From positions 32,001 to 96,000 of the forward strand of contig CAWDKY010000025.1 in the NCBI GenBank assembly GCA_963802945.1: a DNA stretch of 64,000 nt, read 5' to 3'. Each line of letters begins with the position of its first letter. The stretch's first letter is position 1. The DNA comes from an uncultured delta proteobacterium (lineage in GTDB: Bacteria > Desulfobacterota > RBG-13-43-22). Shown here piece by piece: positions 51,027 through 62,043 of the stretch. The position numbers and the translations under genes are program-made. The notes beneath the pieces were generated by a model that saw nothing but the letters and a program-made list of their open reading frames with translations, was not told the DNA's origin and did no database searches.

Positions 51027-52576
51027 GCCCCCTCCTTAAAATTGGCCAATCTGTCGTCTCTAATGAGGAATACCAAAGGGATTGAGATCAAGAAAAGCAC
51101 AGCGACCAAGAAGTAAATATGATTAAAGGCCAGCATACTTGATTGTTTCATAACGATCCCTTCTACCACCTTACCAGCCCTTTGCTCTGCACCAGTCTGG
51201 TCCAAGCCAAGTGAATAAAAATAGGATGAAAGATGGCGCAGGAATTCATTCGTAACGTTTCTATTCACGGTTATGTTTTTTACCAGCAAGGCCCTGTTCC
51301 AGTTTTCTCCCCGGGTCAACAGGGTAGCCGCCGCGGCGATGCCGATGCTTCCGAATACCTGCCGGACGACCGAGTAAAGGCCGGAAGCATCAATCAAGAG
51401 CGGTTTTTCAATAGTGGACAAGGCCGCTGTACTTAAGGAAACAAATATGAGTCCGAATCCGATTCCCTGTAAGGCCTGGGGGACAAATATATCCCAATAG
51501 CCGACGGCGAGGGAGAGGCGCGAAAACTGATAAAATGAAACACAAGTCATAAAGAGCCCCAACCCGATCAACCACTTTGGTCCTGTCCGGTTATAGAGCC
51601 TGCCCCCGATCGGCATAGCCATGAGCATGGCAATGCTCCTCGGCAGAAGCGCTAGTCCCGAGTTGAAGGCCGGGTAATTAAGGAGCTGTTGCAGGAAGAG
51701 CGGTAAGGTGAAAAGACCGCCCATGAGACCCATCCCGAGGAGACCGCCGAGAAAGGTTCCTGAGGTGAAATTGAGATCCTTTAAGATCCGCAGATTAACT
51801 GCTGGTCTATCGGTGGTCAATTCCCGCCAGATAAACAGCAGAAAACCCAGGCAGGAGATGATGGCCAGATATTTGATGAAATTGGATGAAAACCAATTTT
51901 CTATATTGCCTTTTTCCAACAAAATCTGGAATGCTCCCAGGCCGAAGGCCATGAACAGCAGGCCGGCAAAATCCATTTTTCCTTTTTCTCGAACCAGAAA
52001 GGGCGGATCCTTAATGAACCTTATGACCAGGAGAATGTTGATGATGCCAATAGGTACGTTGATATAAAAGATCCACGGCCAGGAATAGTTATCGGTAATC
52101 CATCCTCCGAGAGTGGGGCCCAACGCAGGACCCAGCATAACGCCAATCCCATAGATACTCATGGCCCTGGCCTGCTCTTCGGGTGGGAAGGTTTCTCTAA
52201 GTATGGCCATGGCCGCAGGTATGAGGGCGCCACCGCCTATGCCCTGAATAATACGGAAGGTAATCAATGAATTCAAATCCCAGCCAAGTCCACAGAGCAT
52301 GGAAGCACCAGTAAATATCAGCACAGCAATATTAAGGAACCGCTTGCGTCCGAACCGGGAACTCAGCAGGGCCACAATGGGCATGATGATGACGCTGGAG
52401 AGAATGTAGCCTGTGGCGACCCAGGTAATCTCCTCGACGGAGGCGCCAATGGAGGCTCTAATGTGGGGCAGGGCGACATTGACAATGCTGCCATCCATAG
52501 CAGACATGATGGTTCCGGTCATCACCGTTATGGCGATCAGCCATTTATGAATCGGGGTTTCTTGCTTTTCGTCCAC
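51023..52576 (-). CDS. emrB: DHA2 family MFS efflux permease (EmrB-like)
   Basis: DGSIVNVALP, RFGRKR, FRIIQGIGGG, GPTLGGWITDNYSWPWIFYINVP. Confidence 0.9.
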   Translation of the reverse strand: MDEKQETPIHKWLIAITVMTGTIMSAMDGSIVNVALPHIRASIGASVEEITWVATGYILSSVIIMPIVALLSSRFGRKRFLNIAVLIFTGASMLCGLGWDLNSLITFRIIQGIGGGALIPAAMAILRETFPPEEQARAMSIYGIGVMLGPALGPTLGGWITDNYSWPWIFYINVPIGIINILLVIRFIKDPPFLVREKGKMDFAGLLFMAFGLGAFQILLEKGNIENWFSSNFIKYLAIISCLGFLLFIWRELTTDRPAVNLRILKDLNFTSGTFLGGLLGMGLMGGLFTLPLFLQQLLNYPAFNSGLALLPRSIAMLMAMPIGGRLYNRTGPKWLIGLGLFMTCVSFYQFSRLSLAVGYWDIFVPQALQGIGFGLIFVSLSTAALSTIEKPLLIDASGLYSVVRQVFGSIGIAAAATLLTRGENWNRALLVKNITVNRNVTNEFLRHLSSYFYSLGLDQTGAEQRAGKVVEGIVMKQSSMLAFNHIYFLVAVLFLISIPLVFLIRDDRLANFKEGA

Positions 52577-52583
52577 AAGACCT

Positions 52584-53630
52584 CTATGGATTAGACAGTT
52601 TGGAGCCGGTTTGGCGGCTCACGTTCACATCAGGAACAACGGACATGCCCGGCCATAAAGGGTGATCCGGGTCGAATGGAGAATCGATAACGATCTTGAC
52701 CGGAATGCGCTGCACCACTTTGACGAAATTACCGGTAGCGTTCTCCGGAGGGAGCAGGCTGAAAACAGCGCCTGTGCCTGGTTGCAGACTGTCAATGTGC
52801 CCTTTAAAAACCTTGCCGGGATAGGCATCAACTTTTATCTTCACAGGCTGTCCCACAGTCATTTTTTTGATTTGGGTTTCCTTGAAATTGGCCACGATCC
52901 AGGGATCCTCTTTAACAATGGAAAGCAGGGTCTGCCCGGGCTGCACGTATTTTCCCACATCAATATTTTTCATGGCGATGATCCCAGCGATGGGTGCCGA
53001 GACTACCGTTCTTGACAGATCTAATTGGGCCCTATTCCGTGCCAATTCCGCCTCTTTGACCCGATAATTCTGGGTATTGAAACGGGCCTCAAGGGTTTTT
53101 ATGGCCGTTTCCGCTCCGGCCGCCGCCGCCGCCGCCGCTTCTTTGCGGGCCTGGGCCACCTGCAAGACGGATTCTGCATGTTCGAACTGACTCGTGGTAA
53201 CCAATCCCTCTTTATATAAATTATGATGCCGCTCCAATTCTTTGTCGGCCAGATTTTCCTCAGCCAGAGCGGCATTCAAACTGGCCCGGGCCTGCTGGAG
53301 GGCTTTCTTTTTTTCTTCTACCGAGTCTTGAATCTCGCCTTCTTCGGCTGTCAAGCGTGCTACCGTCTCTTTCCTTTCTTGAAACAGAGAGTTAAAATCT
53401 TCTTGAAAAATTTCCAGCAACGGCTTTCCGGCATCGACCTGTTGGTTGTCCTTAATAAAAATTTTCACGACTCGCCCTCTGACCTCTGAGGCAATGGGCA
53501 CAATGGTTCCGGCCACATAGGCATCGTCCACCTTTTCATGAGAAAGTGATCGGATAAAATAAACGGCCCCATAAATGACCACGGCCAAAATCACCAATAG
53601 AACTACACCCCTGAATGCCCATTTTTTCAT
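52584..53630 (-). CDS. emrA: HlyD/EmrA family membrane fusion protein
   Basis: DDAYV, ANFKETQ, FSLLPPENATGNFVKVVQRIPV. Confidence 0.92.
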   Translation of the reverse strand: MKKWAFRGVVLLVILAVVIYGAVYFIRSLSHEKVDDAYVAGTIVPIASEVRGRVVKIFIKDNQQVDAGKPLLEIFQEDFNSLFQERKETVARLTAEEGEIQDSVEEKKKALQQARASLNAALAEENLADKELERHHNLYKEGLVTTSQFEHAESVLQVAQARKEAAAAAAAGAETAIKTLEARFNTQNYRVKEAELARNRAQLDLSRTVVSAPIAGIIAMKNIDVGKYVQPGQTLLSIVKEDPWIVANFKETQIKKMTVGQPVKIKVDAYPGKVFKGHIDSLQPGTGAVFSLLPPENATGNFVKVVQRIPVKIVIDSPFDPDHPLWPGMSVVPDVNVSRQTGSKLSNP

Positions 53631-53954
53631 GAGTTTCTTCTCGCCTTTCGGATCTGCTCGGCCGGTCTATCGCCGACTGATTTCTCAGTTATCCGCTTCA
53701 TTTAATTTGATAAAAAATTATTTGCTTTGTTATTTACTAAACAAATGTTATCAGGCCCTGAATAATTTTTCTACAATTAATTTTAGGGTGATATTTTAAT
53801 TTTTTTTTGCCTCCCTTTTTCTCCTAGATAAGATTAAAAATTTTGCTTTTTAAAAAAACTTATTCTTGATATCTTTCATATTTATGATATAGATATAGGC
53901 CTTATAAGCCAACCCCTTCACGCCAACGTTTTTCCCTTAGAAAGGAGATTGAAA

Positions 53955-55673
53955 ATGGAAGCAAGGACTTACCCTGAGTATAGCACTAATTACCCTCTAC
54001 TCCTCACGACCTTTATGAGAAGGCCTGTTAAAATCTACCCGAACGAGATAGGGATCGTTTACCGTAACCAATTCACCGCTGAATATCAGCGATTCACCTG
54101 GCTTCAGTGGTACAAACGGACCTGCAAGCTGGCCAATGCTCTTAAAAAGCTGGGAATCAAGCCCGGCAAGCCGGGAGAACCCGGAGACCGGGTCGGCACC
54201 ATGGCCCTGAATACCCACCGTCATATGGAGCTCTATTACGCCGTTCCCTGCTCCGGGGCTATGCTCCATCCCATCAATGTCCGGCTAGCCCTGGAACATA
54301 TCATCTACACCATCAATCATGCCGAAGATAAAGCCATTTTCTTTGACGATATCCTCCTGCCCATGGTGGAAGGCATCTATGATCAGATCAAGGACAAAGT
54401 GAAAAGTTTTGTCTATATGTCCGATAAACGGGGACTGCCTAAAAGCAAAATTGAAAATCTTTATGAATACGAGGCCCTGCTGGAAGCGGAATCGGATGAA
54501 TTCGAATGGCCCCATCTGCACGAAGACACCTTTGCCACCCTCTGCTACACCACGGCCACCACAGGTCTTCCCAAAGGGGCTATGTTTACTCACCGGGCCC
54601 TTTATCTGCAAACCATTCATCTGATGGCCATGCAGGCTGTCGGCAATGATCCCAGTGTCGAGTATCTTGGAGAAAATGTTGTGCCCATGATGACTACACC
54701 TCTTTTCCACATTCATGCCTGGTGTCAGCCTTTTGCCTATGTATTCAGTGCTGCAAAAATCGTCCTACCGGGGATGTTTACCGTGGATGGTTTTTGCGAC
54801 CTGGTTCAAACCGAAAAGGTGACCGTGGTGGCGGTCGTGCCGACTATTCTGGCCCTAATTCTGGAATATAAAGATTTGGACAAATATGACCTGAGCAGCC
54901 TGAAGTCAGTGGGTGTCGGCGGTGGGGCCCTGCCTTTGGGCTTAAAGGCCAAGGTGGAAAAGCGCATTCCGGGATTCAGCGCCGCTTCCGGATACGGTAT
55001 GACCGAAACAGCGCCCGTGACCATCGGGGCCTTTGTTAAGAAATATATGAGAAACTGGCCTAAGGAAAAAATTGACGAAGTCAAGGTCAAAACAGGACTT
55101 CCCATACTCGGGCTGGACATCGAGGTGGTGGATGAAAAAGGGAATCCGGTGCCTCACAACAACAGCACTATCGGCGAGATCATTATTCGAGGGCCATGGG
55201 TCATGGAACAGTATTATAAAAATCCTGAAAAAACGGCTGAAGTCTGGCGCGACGGCTGGTTCCACACCGGAGATATGGCCACAGTGGATGAAGAGGACTT
55301 TATTATCATTGCCGACAGGATGTCTGATGTTATTCGCAGCGGTTCTGAAATGGTCCCGACCGTGTTGCTGGAAAATCTGGCCGGTCTGGCCGACTTTGTG
55401 CTGGAAGCTACCGTCGTCGGAGTTCCGGATGATGTCTGGGGGGAAATACCCTTGGCCTTGGTCAAGCTGGTTCCAGGTTCCAAGTCCACGGAAGAAGATT
55501 TCATTAAATTTCTGGAGGCCGAAGGCGTGTCCAAAGGAAAAATCACCAAGTGGATGCTGCCCAAACTGGTGGCCATTGTGGATGACGTGCCCAAGACCAG
55601 TGTGGGGAAATACAACAAACGAGACATCAAAAACAATTTGAAAACCTACCTGGAAAAGGCCAAAAGGATGTAA
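53955..55673 (+). CDS. Fatty acid--CoA ligase (AlkK-like)
   Basis: YTTATTGLPKG, GYGMTET, WFHTGD, PKTSVGK. Confidence 0.9.
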   Translation: MEARTYPEYSTNYPLLLTTFMRRPVKIYPNEIGIVYRNQFTAEYQRFTWLQWYKRTCKLANALKKLGIKPGKPGEPGDRVGTMALNTHRHMELYYAVPCSGAMLHPINVRLALEHIIYTINHAEDKAIFFDDILLPMVEGIYDQIKDKVKSFVYMSDKRGLPKSKIENLYEYEALLEAESDEFEWPHLHEDTFATLCYTTATTGLPKGAMFTHRALYLQTIHLMAMQAVGNDPSVEYLGENVVPMMTTPLFHIHAWCQPFAYVFSAAKIVLPGMFTVDGFCDLVQTEKVTVVAVVPTILALILEYKDLDKYDLSSLKSVGVGGGALPLGLKAKVEKRIPGFSAASGYGMTETAPVTIGAFVKKYMRNWPKEKIDEVKVKTGLPILGLDIEVVDEKGNPVPHNNSTIGEIIIRGPWVMEQYYKNPEKTAEVWRDGWFHTGDMATVDEEDFIIIADRMSDVIRSGSEMVPTVLLENLAGLADFVLEATVVGVPDDVWGEIPLALVKLVPGSKSTEEDFIKFLEAEGVSKGKITKWMLPKLVAIVDDVPKTSVGKYNKRDIKNNLKTYLEKAKRM

Positions 55674-55726
55674 GGAAAAATTAACAAGGCCTAACTTCCC
55701 CTTTTTTCCTTAAACAGTATCGAATT

Positions 55727-55760
55727 CATGAACGCCGGCCTTATACTTCCGGCGTTCATG
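55727..55760 (+). terminator. Hairpin downstream of the acyl-CoA ligase
   Basis: catgaacgccgg-loop-ccggcgttcatg. Confidence 0.55.
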
Positions 55761-56049
55761 AACTTAAACACTTATTCAAACCCTTTTAAGATATCTCCTT
55801 ATCAAGGAATATCCTGTTTCGGCGCTCCCTCTAAGGTCATTTCCACCTTCGTTGGGTTTCCTTTATGGAATTTTGCTGAAGGTTTTGTTTACTCCCAGTT
55901 TATCAAAAATCCACTAAAAACGAATTCAGTTGTCACTAAATCGGCCCGCTATAAAAGGAGATAATTCCCCATGAAGGGCTTAATAAATCCTGATAGGTTA
56001 GCCGTTGGCCAACCTTTCGTCCTTCGACAGAAACCTTCCTTCCATCAAC

Positions 56050-56255
56050 TCCCTTGAAGGATGGATTGGTTGAATGGAGGACTGACGTTGCAGACAAGCG
56101 AATCATAAACACCTTTATAACCAAAAAGGGGATTAGATTTTTAAAAGAAAGTATGTTAAGCATAAAAAAATGGTTAAAAAAGTTTGATAGGATTGGGTGA
56201 TGAGGACCTTGGTTTACTTGATGCTGCTTTCTGAACCGTTAGAATCATTGGCCAA
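56050..56255 (+). pseudogene. Decayed MarR paralogue fragment
   Basis: LKDGLVEWRTDVADKRIINTFITKKGIRFLKESM matches KKNGLVDRKYDDKDRRVIKIIITPKGIMFLKESM of the MarR at 58923, then frameshift and stop. Confidence 0.75.
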
Positions 56256-56315
56256 AAATTAGGACGGAAAAACAATAAAGTCCCGATATTATATCCCCAA
56301 GTTTTCAGGTACCTA

Positions 56316-57293
56316 TTGAAAGAAAATATTCAAGAAATTGCCTCCGGACTCTATAGAATCAGCTTGCCTCTTTCCTTTGGGCTGGATGGTGTCCACACCT
56401 TTGCAGCAGTTGAACAGGAACGGCTCGCCCTTTTCGACACCGGGCCTTATGTACCAGCAAGTCTGTCCATGTACAAAAACGTCTTGGCCCGCATAGGGAG
56501 GAGCGTGGAAGATGTCGATCGGATATTCATCACCCACTCCCATGTGGATCACTGCGGGTTCGCCGGGCGAATCAAAGAAATTTCAGGCGGCAGTATTTAT
56601 CTCTCGGAGATTGAATTCGAGTCTATTTGCCGTGCTCATCGGGATCATCGGAAAATGGACTCGATCGGATATTTTTGGCGGCATCATGGACTGGATGAAA
56701 AAACTATTTATACCTTTAGCGCCGTATTGGACGCCTTTACATCAGCAACCGCCCAATTCATCACCCAACATTTTCTAAATGACGAAGAATTGATAAAGAT
56801 TGGAGACAGGACCTTCTGCGCTCTCTTTACCCCGGGACATACCCGGGGGCATGTTTCTTTTTTTTTACCAGAAGAACAAATCCTTCTCTCTGGGGATTGT
56901 ATTTTGCCCCATATAACACCCAACTTGAGTCCCGACCTGGCCTGTCCGTCTTTTCTCCCTTTGGATCATTTTATAAGGTCTCTGGAACGGATAGAAGGTT
57001 TGCAGGTCCAATGGGTCTATCCAGCCCATGGGGAGCCATTTAACAATCTTAAAGCGAGGGTGGGAGAAATTTTAGATCATCACGTCCAAAGAAAGGACTT
57101 GACCTGGCAGTCCGTTTCAAATAATCCCCAAACGGCCTCTGAAATATCAAAAAAGATTTTCGGAGACGCTCTTCCCGGTTTTGACAAGGGTCTGGCCTTC
57201 AATGAGACCTATGTTCATTTAATACAACTGGAAAAAGAGGGACGAATTAAAAGAACGCAAAAGGACGGTCGAATCTACTTTATTAGAATTTAA
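56316..57293 (+). CDS. MBL-fold metallo-hydrolase with C-terminal wHTH
   Basis: THSHVDH, PGHTRGH, SGD, PAHG. Confidence 0.9.
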   Translation: MKENIQEIASGLYRISLPLSFGLDGVHTFAAVEQERLALFDTGPYVPASLSMYKNVLARIGRSVEDVDRIFITHSHVDHCGFAGRIKEISGGSIYLSEIEFESICRAHRDHRKMDSIGYFWRHHGLDEKTIYTFSAVLDAFTSATAQFITQHFLNDEELIKIGDRTFCALFTPGHTRGHVSFFLPEEQILLSGDCILPHITPNLSPDLACPSFLPLDHFIRSLERIEGLQVQWVYPAHGEPFNNLKARVGEILDHHVQRKDLTWQSVSNNPQTASEISKKIFGDALPGFDKGLAFNETYVHLIQLEKEGRIKRTQKDGRIYFIRI

Positions 57294-57323
57294 GGTGGGG
57301 CATGGATCTCACCCTGGTTTCGT

Positions 57324-58703
57324 TTGGTAAGGAGGTTAATATTGGGACATTGGGCCTATGATTCGATTTTCTACCACATTTATCCGCTCGGATTTTGCGG
57401 TGCTCCGCTGGAGAATGATTTTTCCTCTCCTGGCAGTCCGCGGCTGAAACTGATCTACGACTGGCTGGATCATTTACAGAATTTGGGCGTAAACGCATTG
57501 TACCTGGGGCCGTTATTTGAATCCACCAGTCACGGTTACGATACGGCCGATTATTACCATATAGACCGCCGTCTGGGTAGTAATGAAATGTTATCACACT
57601 TGAGCGCTGTTCTTCACCAAAAGAATTTTCGCTTGATCCTGGACGGGGTCTTTCATCATGTCGGAAGAGATTTCTGGGCCTTCAGGGATGTCTTAGAGCG
57701 CGGTGAGCAATCTGCCTATTGCGACTGGTTCCAGGGACTCGATTTTCAGAAGCGCAGTCCTTATAACGATCCTTTCGCCTATGAAGGCTGGAATGGTCAT
57801 TACAACCTGGTTAACCTTAGTCTAAAAAATTCGTCAGTCAAAGATCATCTCTTCCAGGCCATTGCCATGTGGATTAAGGAATTTAATATTGACGGATTAC
57901 GGCTGGATGTTGCGGATTCCCTGGATATTGACTTTCTAAAGGAACTATCGAGAATTTGTAAAAGCCATCTTCCTGATTTCTGGTTAATGGGAGAAGTCAT
58001 TCACGGGGACTACCGAAAATGGGTCAATCCGGAAACCCTGGATTCGGTCACCAACTATGTGGGCTACAAGGGCTTGTACTCAAGTCATGTAGACCAAAAT
58101 TATTTTGAACTCGCCCATACGCTAAATCGACAATTTGGAGAAAAGGGTATATACCAAAATCTCCTCCTTTACTCTTTTGCCGATAACCACGACGTGAATC
58201 GTGTGGCCAGTCAACTCCGGAATTCGGCCCATCTTTATCCGCTCTACACCCTTTTATTTACGATGCCGGGTGTCCCTTCGATCTACTATGGAAGCGAATG
58301 GGGCATCGAGGGGAAAAGGACCAGTAAAAGCGATAAGGCGCTTCGGCCGCATCTCGATTTGTACGAGGTCTCTCGCAACAGCCCAAACCGCGATTTGTCC
58401 AAAGCGATCAGCCGCCTCGCTCATATTCGGCGTCATTCTATTGCCCTGCGATACGGTAATTACCGCCCGCTGTTAGTCAAACCGGAACAATTTGCCTTTT
58501 CACGTCAGACTCAAGATGAATGTGTCATCGTGGCCGTAAATACAGCGGACAAACCGGTTTCCTTTAAATTAACCCTACCGGTGAAGGGGGGGAAGCAGAT
58601 GATTGATCTGCTGAACCAAGGGGACCGTTTCCCGGTGCAGGACGGAAAAGTGCTCATCCCGGCTGTGAATCCCTGCTGGTCACGTATTTTGGCAGTGCAA
58701 TAG
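57324..58703 (+). CDS. GH13 alpha-amylase family glycosidase (cyclomaltodextrinase-like); start uncertain
   Basis: HGYDT.DY, DGVFHH, DGLRLDVA, GEV, DNHD, PGVPSIYYGSE. Confidence 0.9.
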   Translation: MVRRLILGHWAYDSIFYHIYPLGFCGAPLENDFSSPGSPRLKLIYDWLDHLQNLGVNALYLGPLFESTSHGYDTADYYHIDRRLGSNEMLSHLSAVLHQKNFRLILDGVFHHVGRDFWAFRDVLERGEQSAYCDWFQGLDFQKRSPYNDPFAYEGWNGHYNLVNLSLKNSSVKDHLFQAIAMWIKEFNIDGLRLDVADSLDIDFLKELSRICKSHLPDFWLMGEVIHGDYRKWVNPETLDSVTNYVGYKGLYSSHVDQNYFELAHTLNRQFGEKGIYQNLLLYSFADNHDVNRVASQLRNSAHLYPLYTLLFTMPGVPSIYYGSEWGIEGKRTSKSDKALRPHLDLYEVSRNSPNRDLSKAISRLAHIRRHSIALRYGNYRPLLVKPEQFAFSRQTQDECVIVAVNTADKPVSFKLTLPVKGGKQMIDLLNQGDRFPVQDGKVLIPAVNPCWSRILAVQ

Positions 58704-58893
58704 CAAGCTTGACCATCCTAAATGATTATTTTTCTGTTTTTCCATTAGACCCCTGATGGGAGCTTATTTTGTTATGTTTTTAACAAGATAACGCCAGCCT
58801 TAACTTTTTTTCATAAAAAGAATATTTTTTAAAAAAATCGCTTGACTTTTACTTAATTTATAGTAATGTATTATTACTATCATAAAAATTAAC

Positions 58894-58907
58894 TATCATA
58901 TATGATA
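58894..58907. promoter_or_regulatory. Perfect palindrome, putative MarR operator
   Basis: TATCATATATGATA between a TTGACT promoter and the MarR RBS; the half-site is repeated at 58878. Confidence 0.55.
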
Positions 58908-58922
58908 ACCAAAGGAGGCGTC

Positions 58923-59378
58923 ATGAGAGAAAAACAAGTCGATGAGATCGCTCAGAGCGCACTGATACTCTTTCCATTTCTGAAACAACTATTTAATGGA
59001 GATCCCGGTGACCCGGCGCTGGCGCCACTCCGAAACCATACCTATAACATCCTTCGCATATTGGAACGGGAAGGACCGCTCCCGATGTCGGCTATTGCCA
59101 GGCGTCTGCTCAGCGCCAAGCAAAACATGACTACTATCATCGACAAACTTAAGAAAAACGGATTGGTCGATCGCAAGTACGATGATAAAGACAGGCGGGT
59201 CATAAAAATTATCATAACCCCAAAGGGGATTATGTTTCTAAAAGAGAGTATGCCGGGTCTGAAAAAAATCGTCAGAGAAAACTTGTCTAAATTGAGTAAT
59301 GAGGACATTGAATCACTGCAGACCGTTTTTCGGGTAATCAGAAACGTCGTCCCTAAATTGCATGATGAAGGACGTTAG
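58923..59378 (+). CDS. MarR family regulator
   Basis: MSAIARRL..AKQNMTTIIDKL...GLV, DRR; GGAGG before ATG 58923. Confidence 0.92.
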   Translation: MREKQVDEIAQSALILFPFLKQLFNGDPGDPALAPLRNHTYNILRILEREGPLPMSAIARRLLSAKQNMTTIIDKLKKNGLVDRKYDDKDRRVIKIIITPKGIMFLKESMPGLKKIVRENLSKLSNEDIESLQTVFRVIRNVVPKLHDEGR

Positions 59379-59556
59379 GATCAGACTACAGATTGCTGAA
59401 ATCGGGAAGCCTTGTATTTGAACCTTTTTGAGCAACCTTTAAAAAAGATTTTCCGCATCCCTTTAATTCGTGGATGCAGTTACAAAGCCATTGGGATTTG
59501 GCCCGATTGTGGTCTTGGCAATGAGTGAAGAAATTCCGGAAAGGTAAATTAAAAAT

Positions 59557-61178
59557 ATGCTGATTAAAGATTTTTCATTAGAAACCGTTGAAGTTGGAGG
59601 CTATCCGATTCAAACCTTTAAGAACCGTTTTCGGAATTTGTGGGAAATGTTTCTTAAAAGTGCCGTCACCTATAAAGACGAGATATATCTGATCGAAGGG
59701 CAAAAACGAGCCACCTTCGGGAAGGCGGCGGACTTGGCCGTCGGTCTGGCTGCCCACATTAAAGAGAAGACCGGTGCCGGGCAAGGGGACCATGTGGGGA
59801 TCCTGATGGAGAATTCCATCGCTTTTATCATCTCTTTCTGGGCCATCCAGAACCTCGGAGCAACTGCTGTCATTTTCAACACCCGTTTGGCTGCTCCGGA
59901 ACTTAAACGGCAGCTTCAATTTTCCGATCTGAAAGGCCTACTTATTTCTCCGCTTTTATCGGGAAAGGTACAAGAGATTCCTGCTGCACCTCTGGAATTC
60001 CAACAGATCGTTCTTGGAGATGGTTGGATGACTGACCTCCCCAAAGGGGAGCAGGCACCCATTTTGAAAGGGATTTCTGAAGATGATACGGCCTTTATTC
60101 TTTTCACCTCCGGGACATCCGGAACACCGAAAGGGGTCATGCTGACCCATCGCAACCTCATCACCTGTGCCATACGCTCGGGGGCAGTTATTACACAAGG
60201 TCTGGCACTGGCTGCTTCTGAAGGTTTTACGATCCAACAGCCATCCAAAGAGCAGTACATGGTGATCGTCGCCCCTCTCTTTCACATCATGGCCATTGAG
60301 CAGATGGCAGCGGCCGTTTTCCTCGGTCGGGGCAGTATTCTGCTCCCCTCTTTCAATCCTCAGGAAATTATGGATCTCATCAATCGTGGAAAAATTTTTG
60401 GATTGACCGGAACCCCGACCATGTATTGGCTGCTGCTTCATAAAACGACCATTCGTGGCTCTAAGGTTGACAATATCCGGAGTCTGGGTTTTGGAGCGGC
60501 CCCTATGGCTCCGGATCTTTTAAAAGAACTCAAGGAGGTTTTTCCTTCGGCCCGACGAAGAAACGGATACGGGATGACCGAAGCCCCCTCGATAAGCGCC
60601 CTGCCGGACCTGTATATGGAAAGCCATCCTACTTCTGTAGGAAAACCGAATTTGTGCACCGAAGTAAAGATTGTCGATCCGGAAACCCGAGAGAAATTGG
60701 GTCCGCAATGTTGTGGGTGAACTGGCGGTTCGAGGTGCCCTGGTCACCAAGGGGTATTACAAGGCCCCGGAAGAAACCGCCAAGGTCTATCAGCAGGGCT
60801 GGTTTTATAGCGGTGACATGGCCTATCAGGATACAGATGGATTCCTCTATCTGGTTGGACGCAGCCGGGAGATGATCAACCGGGGAGGGGAGAATGTCTA
60901 TCCGGTCGAGGTGGAAAACGTCCTACACCTGCATCCCAAGATTCTGGATGTGGCGGTTTTCGGCCTGCCTGATCCGGTCATGGGCAGCATCGTGGTCTGT
61001 GCCGATAGTTCCCAGGCCGGGACCTGAGAGAATCACCCTAAAAGAAATACAGGAATACTGCCGGGATCAACTGGCCTCTTATAAAATTCCCCAAAAGGTT
61101 TTCTTTTTATCAGAGATGCCGACCAATCCGGGCGGGAAGGTGATGAAGAATAAGCTCGTCGAACAATTTAACGAATAA
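59557..61178 (+). CDS. Acyl-CoA synthetase with two +1 frameshifts (about 60706 and 61004)
   Basis: FTSGTSGTPKG, GYGMTE / GELAVRG, SGD, RGGENVYP / PTNPGGK spread across three ORFs. Confidence 0.85.
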
Positions 61179-61219
61179 TTTAACGCAACCACTTCTTCGT
61201 GAAAAAAGGAGAGTACACC

Positions 61220-62012
61220 ATGGACAAGCCAGAAATTTTGTTTAAGAAAGAGGAAGGAATCGCTACGATTACCTTGAATTGCCCCGAAAGGAAAAATTCT
61301 TTCTCGATGGACATGATAGACCAATGGGCCAATGCGCTGGGGCAATGGCGCTCCGACCCGGAGGTGAAGGTCATCGTCCTGACAGGCAGCGGCGACTCTT
61401 TTTGCAGCGGGGCGTATTTGGCACCGTCGCCGGCTGGAGCGGCAACGGCACCCACGGCCTTCGACCAAAAAAGCAATTTATGGGAACAGAATCCATCGCA
61501 TCCCTCTGACCTTGGAAGATATCGATAAACCCGTCATAGCCGCTTTAAACGGGGTGGCCGTCGGGGCGGGACTGGACATGGCCTTGATGTGTGATATCCG
61601 CTTCGCTGCGGAATCGGCCAGATTTGCCGAAGGATATGTCAAGGTAGGCTTTGTCCCCGGCGACGGGGGGGCCTACTACCTGCCCCGTTTGGTTGGCGTG
61701 GCCAAGGCCCTGGAACTCTTCTTGACTGGAGACTTTATTTTCGCACCTGAGGCAGAGAGAATCGGGATGGTCAATAAGGTCTTCCCCGACGACAAGCTGA
61801 TGGAAGAAACCTACAAATTTGCCCGAAGGCTGGCCGACGGCCCAACCAAGGTAATCCAACTGATCAAGCGGGCCGTCTATCAGAGCAGCCGCGTTGATTT
61901 GCGGACGGCCCTGGACCTGATCTCCTCACACATGGGCGTTATACGCACCACCAGGGACAGTCAAGAGGCCATGAAGGCTTCAATGGTAAGGCTCAAAGGC
62001 GGGAAAAAATAA
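61220..62012 (+). CDS. Enoyl-CoA hydratase/isomerase with a +1 frameshift (about 61490)
   Basis: ITLNCPERKN, VLTGSGDSFCSG / KPVIAALNGVAVGAGLDMALMCD, PGDGG. Confidence 0.85.
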
Positions 62013-62043
62013 TAATAAATAGAAAAAAAGAAAGGAATGACTC

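Noticed and set aside
53118-53137. GCC trinucleotide repeat
   Set aside because: In-frame poly-Ala in the EmrA coiled coil; ordinary.
60700-60725. Selenocysteine or programmed recoding at TGA-terminated split ORFs (also 4425)
   Set aside because: Homology continues in a different frame before the TGA; no slippery heptamer or SECIS is evident.
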